A program made the translations under genes and the position numbers. Under the pieces are notes generated by a model. The model was not told where the DNA came from and did no database searches. It worked only from the letters and a program-made list of their open reading frames with translations. From IMG/VR virus record IMGVR_UViG_3300049218_000295, positions 96,001 through 160,000 of that record: DNA of 64,000 bases, one strand, 5' to 3'. Of the stretch, positions 57,792 to 64,000 are shown in pieces; positions within the stretch are counted from its first letter, which is position 1; each line of letters opens with the position of its first letter. The stretch comes from a virus.

Positions 57792-58406
57792 CTACACCCA
57801 GCGGAAAATATACCCGCCTGCTGACTTGTACCCGTTTTTACCCCGCAGGCAATTTCTAATATGCCCTCGGTCCACATTCAGTTTGTGCGCAGCATCACGT
57901 ACCATTAAGAATTCGCCCACTTTCTCACCTGTCTCTTTATTGAAAACCTCAAAAGGCTTTGCGCCATTACTCAAAGCGATTTTGGTCCTGTGTTCAGCGC
58001 TGTTGACATGACCGTGGCGTCGTTGGTTAGCAGCGACAATCGCAGCTATTACTTTTGGCTGTTTCATTCTCAGTCGAACTACGTCGGAGATTCTTTGCTT
58101 GGTGATGAGGTTATGGGTGGCTTTCTCACCACCTTTAGTCAAATTGAAGCCACTGGTGGGATCTGTTGAGTCATAATGGTCAATCCAGAAAATCTCGCGT
58201 CGGCAGGCTTCTTCCCAGGTTGCACATTCCTCAATTATAGACCAAACAAACGCAGCCTTACCATACTTTCCTAAAGCTCTAGAAAAGTGCGAACTTTGTT
58301 TCCCAGCTTTGCTTTCGTGGTGCCATCTCCTATCTTTCAATCCCCTGCTTGTGATTCCGATATATACACGTCCGTCTGCATGAGTAGCCTTATAGACAAC
58401 TATCAT
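57792..58406 (-). CDS. GIY-YIG homing endonuclease with C-terminal NUMOD-type DNA-binding region
   Basis: VVYKAT...VYIGIT...R, E..WI, GFN; F..VRDAA...I..CL...SAGGYIFR. Confidence 0.9.
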   Translation of the reverse strand: MIVVYKATHADGRVYIGITSRGLKDRRWHHESKAGKQSSHFSRALGKYGKAAFVWSIIEECATWEEACRREIFWIDHYDSTDPTSGFNLTKGGEKATHNLITKQRISDVVRLRMKQPKVIAAIVAANQRRHGHVNSAEHRTKIALSNGAKPFEVFNKETGEKVGEFLMVRDAAHKLNVDRGHIRNCLRGKNGYKSAGGYIFRWV

Positions 58407-58427
58407 ACAATAAAGGTAAGACTGGGA

Positions 58428-59084
58428 TTAATCGTAGTCCCAAGGGTCAAGCCAAAGGCGCAATAGGCTTTTTTGGTCGGCAAAAGCATCCCAATCGCCC
58501 TTGGCAATCATACGTTCTTCCCAGCGTCGCATGCCACGGTTTCCGAGAGTACGACAGTACTTGCGTGCGCCCACACCCCGACGCCAATTACCGTAGTCTC
58601 GGCGGCGACTACGGGTGAAGCCCTTTTTGTCGCGCCAGTCCTTCTTCTTTTGCTTTTCGGCCTCGACTTCGGGGTCACGCTCTTTAGCGGAATAGTCCAC
58701 TGGGATTTTTTGGCGGTAGTGCGCACCGTTGCGAGGGTACCAATGGGAATAATCGTCGCGGAGACAGCTACAGTAGCGACGATAACGGTGATGTCTTTCG
58801 CAAACACGTGGCAGGCCGCCATTAAGAACGGCGGTCTCGAACTCTTTATAGGAGAGTTTGAGTTGCCCACCACCGCGACCAAGGTGGTAGAGATAGGTAA
58901 GAGTATCAAGTCGGATTTGATGGCTGGGCTTTACAGGCTCGGGTTCGGGGTCACGCCAAGGGGCGTAGTAGCGATATGGGGGTGCCCAGCAGGGGTCACC
59001 GTGCTGAGATTTGTAGAATTCATAAGCGGATGCTATGAACTGACGTTGAACGTCTTCGGTCCAAGGGGATGATACAGAATGCAT
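58428..59084 (-). CDS. Arg/Trp/Tyr-rich basic hypothetical protein
   Basis: 218 aa; AAGGAG SD; ends DPWDYD. Confidence 0.65.
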   Translation of the reverse strand: MHSVSSPWTEDVQRQFIASAYEFYKSQHGDPCWAPPYRYYAPWRDPEPEPVKPSHQIRLDTLTYLYHLGRGGGQLKLSYKEFETAVLNGGLPRVCERHHRYRRYCSCLRDDYSHWYPRNGAHYRQKIPVDYSAKERDPEVEAEKQKKKDWRDKKGFTRSRRRDYGNWRRGVGARKYCRTLGNRGMRRWEERMIAKGDWDAFADQKSLLRLWLDPWDYD

Positions 59085-59145
59085 AGTTTATAGGCTCCTT
59101 TACTAATGACCTATAAACATATAGTCCTCCCTTTGTGTGTCAAGT

Positions 59146-59210
59146 GATGAAAGATTGCGCCGAGAGCGGTGAACAAGTCCCCAAGACCAGCCGCTATAAT
59201 TGGACAACCC
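59146..59210 (-). ncRNA. Circularly permuted copy of the Y-RNA-like scaffold in a 5' leader
   Basis: GGGTTG..ATTATAGCGG-loop-CCGCTCTC..CAATCT-TTCATC. Confidence 0.5.
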
Positions 59211-59272
59211 TTTGAGGCCTTTTTGGGGCCTCACATCAAAGGTAACACAGGTTGTGGACCATGTCAATCCAT

Positions 59273-60025
59273 TTATTTGAATTGCTTGATTTGCTTGGAC
59301 AGTTCTATGGCTTGCTTTACGCGTTTTATTGCTTCTTCACAATATTTGGGTTCAATTTCAATCCCAATGGTTCTGCGCCCTTCAAGGATCGCAGCAATAC
59401 AGGTAGAGCCGGTACCCATAAAGGGATCGAACACGATTTCATTTTGTCCAGTAGACATTTCAATGAGCTGTGTAAGCAAGGCGATTGGTTTTTGAGTGGG
59501 GTGAGTACGTGAAGTTTCTCCCGACCGACTTACGCGCAGTACTGTGCCTTTACGCAGTCGGGCAGCAAGCTGCCCAGTCTTTTCAGAACGCTTGCCAGTA
59601 TAACGTTTAACACCAAACCAAATTGGTTCATGGCTCTTGCCCCAAGGAATTGTAAGATCTCCCGCAGACATTGAGGATTTATCCCAAATTAAATCTGTCA
59701 CACCGCCCACTTCATTTGGAATTGTCTGACTAGGAGTAATCGGGCCAAAAACGTACCCATGACGGTTGATTTTGAGTTCTCGCCACGACTTGTTCAAAAT
59801 TTCCAAGACTTTAGTATAATCGTCATCGCCTGTAATGCCATCAAATTGTTCGAGCACGTCTCGACTATTGGTCTTATAACCGTTGCAATACGGTGGATCG
59901 GTGAGCAACAAGTCATAGACTCGTCTTGCTGCCCCAATACCCTCTGCTGGCAGTTCAGGAATAACTTCGAGAGCGTCACCGCAATAGAGAATGACGCCCT
60001 CAGATTCAAATATTGGTTTAATCAC
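59273..60025 (-). CDS. DNA N6-adenine/N4-cytosine methyltransferase (beta class)
   Basis: TDPPY, HPTQKP, FDPFMGTGST, IGIEI. Confidence 0.92.
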   Translation of the reverse strand: MIKPIFESEGVILYCGDALEVIPELPAEGIGAARRVYDLLLTDPPYCNGYKTNSRDVLEQFDGITGDDDYTKVLEILNKSWRELKINRHGYVFGPITPSQTIPNEVGGVTDLIWDKSSMSAGDLTIPWGKSHEPIWFGVKRYTGKRSEKTGQLAARLRKGTVLRVSRSGETSRTHPTQKPIALLTQLIEMSTGQNEIVFDPFMGTGSTCIAAILEGRRTIGIEIEPKYCEEAIKRVKQAIELSKQIKQFK

Positions 60026-60542
60026 TTAATCCCATCACCCAATCTGCAAGCTCCTCAACTTCGGAGTCTCTGGGTATTTGTGTCATAATTTTGACCTTAA
60101 TATCATAAGATTCCAGATCTTCTTTGAGGCTATAATGTTCAGAACCCGAAGTTGCAAAACCGTTCATATCTTGAACCAGATCCAGATGTAACAAGAAATT
60201 TTTAACCATTCCATGTTTTGGGTCCGAACGACGTTGGAGCATAGCCGATCCCAATGCATCCTTGTAACCTTTTTTACAATTTTTGTGATCGTGTTTTCCT
60301 GTTATCTCGTGGTGCTTGGTGGTGTTCACTTTTATTTCAACACAGTGTATCACACCATCTTTATCCAAATAAGCATCAGTGTTTGACTTTAAACCCGGAT
60401 GAACTCTACCAGCTATTAAACCACGCTGAACAAAAATTCTGACCAGTTTGTCAGCTAAAAATCTTCCAGTATCTGCGGCTGCGTAAATCTTGTGCTCGGT
60501 TAGGCTAATTGCTTTTTTAGCGGGATTCTTTGATTTGCTCAT
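60018..60542 (-). CDS. Putative PD-(D/E)XK nuclease overlapping the methylase start
   Basis: TDAY...CVEIK; 8-nt overlap with the MTase gene. Confidence 0.45.
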   Translation of the reverse strand: MSKSKNPAKKAISLTEHKIYAAADTGRFLADKLVRIFVQRGLIAGRVHPGLKSNTDAYLDKDGVIHCVEIKVNTTKHHEITGKHDHKNCKKGYKDALGSAMLQRRSDPKHGMVKNFLLHLDLVQDMNGFATSGSEHYSLKEDLESYDIKVKIMTQIPRDSEVEELADWVMGLSD

Positions 60543-60728
60543 TTGGTATTTTATGACCTTTTCAGAATCGCCCAGGCCACCGCCAGAAATTTATGGTTAA
60601 CCAATATTACCGTTTATAAAAGAACAAAGGAGGCACTCTATGACTTATCACTAGGTATCACTTGATAAACCACCCTAATTCTTCTTGGTCCCCGAATTGT
60701 ATCCCAACAATCAACCAAGGAGAAATCA

Positions 60729-61121
60729 ATGCGTACTTACAAATCTGCTACCCTCAACCGTCTGAAATCTGAACTCAAAAATCTCACAGCCACCATCAAA
60801 GTGGAAAAACCTGCTTATCGCACCGCTTACAGTGAAGCTGCCCGCGATATTGGGCCGTGGTCCGCCGTAACTACTCACGGTAGTGAACTCGGCAATGCTC
60901 AATACGAATTTCGCCATAAGCATATTGTATATTGCTTATTGCGAGGTCGTACTATGGAGCAGATTGAGAACAAGCCTCGCTGCGCCAATGAGAAGGGTTA
61001 TTGCTACAAATGTAATCATCCCAACAAGAAGCGTATCGAGACTGAGTTGGCTGAATGTCAAGAGGCAATGGAAAAAGAGAAGGCTGCTGCTTTGAATGAG
61101 GCCCAACGTGCCGTGGGTTGA
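60729..61121 (+). CDS. Phage hypothetical protein
   Basis: FRHKHIVYCLLRGRTMEQIE; AAGGAG SD. Confidence 0.7.
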   Translation: MRTYKSATLNRLKSELKNLTATIKVEKPAYRTAYSEAARDIGPWSAVTTHGSELGNAQYEFRHKHIVYCLLRGRTMEQIENKPRCANEKGYCYKCNHPNKKRIETELAECQEAMEKEKAAALNEAQRAVG

Positions 61122-61635
61122 ACTAAAGAAATATCCTTTTCACCAAGATGAGCGGGCTTCATGCCCGCTCTACTTGAGTGAGAAATCGTTTAAAGAAGTC
61201 GAGTCGGAAATGGCCGATATTCGTGAGGAATTCGCACATCTCGGCGTTTCCGACGTTCGGTTCAACAGTCATTTCAAGAGCCATGGCTATGGGGCCTACA
61301 CAACCTGGTGGACTCTGGAAGGATGGTACGATGAGTAACTATTAGGAATGCGTTGGTTGTGCGGGGGATAAAGTTTACCTTCTTGTGAAAGATGGTAAGG
61401 TTTATCGTGCTACTTTCAGTTTTTCACTGGCTGAACACCTTTCTCAGGGCCATTATGAGATTCGGCGGGTAGGGCTCAAATTAGGAAAGGTGCTTTCTTC
61501 CGGGGAAACAAGCTCATCTGGATTGTATGCGGTTGTCGCTCATCGGAGAGACCGTATCTTGCGGGTGAGTTTAATCAAGGACGTGGCCAACATGTTAGTA
61601 GATGGAACAAGGTACATAGCGGAGGTATGGGTATC

Positions 61636-62061
61636 ATGAGTGAAAAGAAATTGACGCCAAAAGAGCGAGCGGAGCAAAGCTATCAAACGATGCAAAGAAC
61701 CTATGAGTTGAACCAAAAGCTCAAAGAAATTGGTGTTATCGACGAGGACGCCCTGGGCAAAGTACTTTATGAACAAGGTACCGTCGACCGAGTGAACGAT
61801 AAACTCTACTGCGTGGTTGATGCCACTCTTTCTAAGTCACAGCAGGGCGTACAGGCAGCGCACGGAGTGGCTCAGTATTTGCTTGAACACCGAGATACAA
61901 AATGGAACAATGGCACGCTCATTATCCTGAAGTCTTATGACCTTAGCCAGTGGGAAGATTGGGCGGAATCAATGTTCCGGGAACCAGACCTCGATAATCG
62001 AGTTACTGCCTGTGTATCCTTTGGAAAACCAGACCCGTCTAGTTACTGCCCGCTGATGTGA
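61636..62061 (+). CDS. Pth2-like peptidyl-tRNA hydrolase (phage type)
   Basis: KLYCVV..LSKSQQGVQAAH, WNNGTLIILK, FREPDLDNRVTA. Confidence 0.7.
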   Translation: MSEKKLTPKERAEQSYQTMQRTYELNQKLKEIGVIDEDALGKVLYEQGTVDRVNDKLYCVVDATLSKSQQGVQAAHGVAQYLLEHRDTKWNNGTLIILKSYDLSQWEDWAESMFREPDLDNRVTACVSFGKPDPSSYCPLM

Positions 62062-62473
62062 ATGCTTGCAAAGGTGAATTCAATTTTGCGAGTTCTAATT
62101 CCAGCTCATGAAGCCTGGTTTGTGATTGAGCCAATTCCTTTTCTTTGGCAGCCAGCGCGGTTGCGGTGTCTTTAAGTGCTGCTTCGTATCGGGTTTTGGC
62201 GTTTTTGACGTCAAGTTGGATACGTTCTTCTGCAGTCATCACTGCGACCTCGAAGTTGTCTTGGGTGCCCATGACCTTCTTTTCATTGTAACCGTCATAT
62301 TCTTCGTAGTAATATGTCGCTCGCGGTTTTGGATGTCGACCGGTAATAACTAGCTCATCAATGATGTGATGCATGCAGTTGTATCTACTGGTGAGCCCCA
62401 TAGTGACTACTCGGTCTCGAAGAGCTTTATGGATTGTTTCGACTGCTTTGTGAAATTCGTCTGGAGTTACCAT
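62039..62473 (-). CDS. Hypothetical coiled-coil protein
   Basis: 144-aa ORF. Confidence 0.5.
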   Translation of the reverse strand: MVTPDEFHKAVETIHKALRDRVVTMGLTSRYNCMHHIIDELVITGRHPKPRATYYYEEYDGYNEKKVMGTQDNFEVAVMTAEERIQLDVKNAKTRYEAALKDTATALAAKEKELAQSQTRLHELELELAKLNSPLQAFTSAGSN

Positions 62474-62489
62474 ACGAATGTTTTATAAC

Positions 62490-62521
62490 CGTGAGCCAGC
62501 ACCCGTCGATGCTGGCTCACG
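62490..62521 (-). terminator. Hairpin downstream of the protease gene
   Basis: CGTGAGCCAGC/GCTGGCTCACG stem. Confidence 0.6.
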
Positions 62522-62548
62522 AATCTCCTTCTACCATAGGTAGATGAG

Positions 62549-64000
62549 TTAAAGAGCTTTTAGGACCTTAAGGAGAGCGGCAGCCCTCATGCTACCCCAT
62601 CCGGTTACGGCGTCCCACCCCGGAGCTGCGGTAAATGCGCCATTGCTGCCGGAGACGACATCGTCAAAGCAGCTCGCTTTCTGGGCGTCCGAAACATTGA
62701 GGTAAATTCCATGCATGTCGAAGGATTTGCTGGCCCGAGCAGCATTTACAAGAGCAGCAAAACCTGACCACTGAGGTGCCGCAATGCTAGTTCCCCCGAT
62801 GACGATATAGCTTGCGTCTTTCATCACGTTACCATTGGCGTCGTAGTAATGAAGCCAAGTTGGTTGACCCGAATTTGGGTCAGCATTGAAGGCCACGTCG
62901 GGATAAGCGCGTTTAGGATAGGTCGTAGCGCTCAATTCCGATTGGTAACTTGGTTTCGCATACAAGGTGCTGATACCGCCACCACTACCGGACCAAGCAG
63001 TCTCGGAAGCGAGACCTGAAGGAAGAAGAGCTAAAGTGGTTCCACCAACCGCCACCACATTCGGGCTAGAAGCTGGATAGTCCGCCATTACCGATCCGTC
63101 CTGCAAACAATCAGAGCCGCTGTCACCAGATGCAACGAAAATGTTAATGCCTTGGGCGACCGCTTGGGCAAATACCTTATCCATCGCCGTTTTGTGGTCC
63201 GCAGCAAGCTGGCTTTCGCAGCTACCCCAACTGTAGTTAACGACTTTAGACTGATTGTTATCCACGATGGCGGTAAACATTGCAAGTTCCCCGGCGTCAC
63301 TGTTTTCAGCCGAGGTATAAACGTGAATAGAGGCTCCGTGAGCAATCATTCCGGAAAATTCGGCATCAGTTTGGGTTTCGGCAGCGGAGTCGGTGTTGTA
63401 GACCGCAGTACCATTGAAATTCACCTGTTCCACTGTGGGAGCTGGACTCACACCATTTTTGGTATAGTAGTCCTTAACGTCTTGAACGTAGAAACTGTCG
63501 TAAGTTGCAATCGAGATATTTTGTCCTTTAGCCGAAAGACCGCTTGCGTAAAGAGTGTCAAATCCGTAGGCTTTCTGAATTTGCGCGGGTAAAAAGCCAC
63601 TGAAATCTTTTGGTGCAGACGTCAAGAAGCGAAGATGCGGCTTACGCTTAACACTTGGAGATAGACCAAGTACTTTAACCGGAGCGGCGTTGGTATCTAA
63701 AGCACGCATGTTTTGTTGGAACCCTTGAAGCACTTTACGGTCGGCGCGAACCATAATAACCAAGTGAGAATTTGAGACTTTAACAATTGCGATTTTTTGT
63801 GTTTTGAGTTGCGCTACCACTTGGTTGAATTGGGCATCGGTAGGACCAGCAAGCTGGCGGATTTCTTCCGGAGAATAGAACTTTTGGTAACGCGGTGATT
63901 GGGGGTCAGTTACTGATTGAGCCAAAGATTGAAGTGAAACGCGCTCTTTTAGTTGGATTGCCGCAGTGATGACCTCGGCGTGCGCGATTGATGGAAGAAG
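62549..64000 (-). CDS. S53 (sedolisin/kumamolisin) serine protease with prodomain; start near or beyond the window edge
   Basis: ETQTD, SWG, ASGDSG, AVGGT, GSGGG, PDVA, GGTSIAAP, GWDAVTGWGS. Confidence 0.93.
   Translation of the reverse strand, partial: LLPSIAHAEVITAAIQLKERVSLQSLAQSVTDPQSPRYQKFYSPEEIRQLAGPTDAQFNQVVAQLKTQKIAIVKVSNSHLVIMVRADRKVLQGFQQNMRALDTNAAPVKVLGLSPSVKRKPHLRFLTSAPKDFSGFLPAQIQKAYGFDTLYASGLSAKGQNISIATYDSFYVQDVKDYYTKNGVSPAPTVEQVNFNGTAVYNTDSAAETQTDAEFSGMIAHGASIHVYTSAENSDAGELAMFTAIVDNNQSKVVNYSWGSCESQLAADHKTAMDKVFAQAVAQGINIFVASGDSGSDCLQDGSVMADYPASSPNVVAVGGTTLALLPSGLASETAWSGSGGGISTLYAKPSYQSELSATTYPKRAYPDVAFNADPNSGQPTWLHYYDANGNVMKDASYIVIGGTSIAAPQWSGFAALVNAARASKSFDMHGIYLNVSDAQKASCFDDVVSGSNGAFTAAPGWDAVTGWGSMRAAALLKVLKAL

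Noticed and set aside
1-64000. Stop-codon reassignment (TAG or TGA recoding)
   Set aside because: Long genes are uninterrupted in code 11, TAG and TGA end recognisable genes at expected positions (RmlC, SOD, RNA ligase), and no suppressor tRNA was found.

Overview
A segment of a large (jumbo-type) tailed phage genome in genetic code 11; no host-chromosome housekeeping operons are visible. 0.8-17 kb: virion structural block (a 2,283-aa Ser/Thr/Gly-rich protein, tail-collar proteins and probable baseplate proteins) containing a tubulin/FtsZ-family gene. 20-25 kb: sigma70-type promoters driving a MoxR AAA+/VWA module. 25-64 kb: accessory region with RmlC, a lytic transglycosylase, an Rnl2-type RNA ligase, SOD, HNH, GIY-YIG and PD-(D/E)XK nucleases, two 2OG-Fe(II) oxygenases, two Pth2-like hydrolases, an ADP-ribosyltransferase-like protein, Hsp20, a DNA methylase and an S53 protease. 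I could fold 26 tRNA genes by eye between 17.7 and 54.7 kb, all on the minus strand. The most striking element is a dense ncRNA island at 53.17-55.49 kb, with an outlier at 59.15 kb. It carries six copies of one covarying RNA scaffold (GCYACUCU...UUCAUC...UAYAGURGC), each with a different tRNA-derived payload: bare anticodon stem-loops (Cys, Pro, Asn), permuted T/D-arm modules with Gln- or Trp-type loops, or an anticodon-less mini-tRNA. These resemble bacterial YrlA Y RNAs and are interleaved with other aberrant tRNA-like RNAs. Other signals are a leaderless TAnnnT-N6-ATG gene architecture, His-amber mini-uORFs coupled to SD-sequestering hairpins, and a shared N-terminal 'R/K-V-x-A' motif on possible head-packaged enzymes. 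All calls are by-eye motif recognition and manual folding; no database searches were run.
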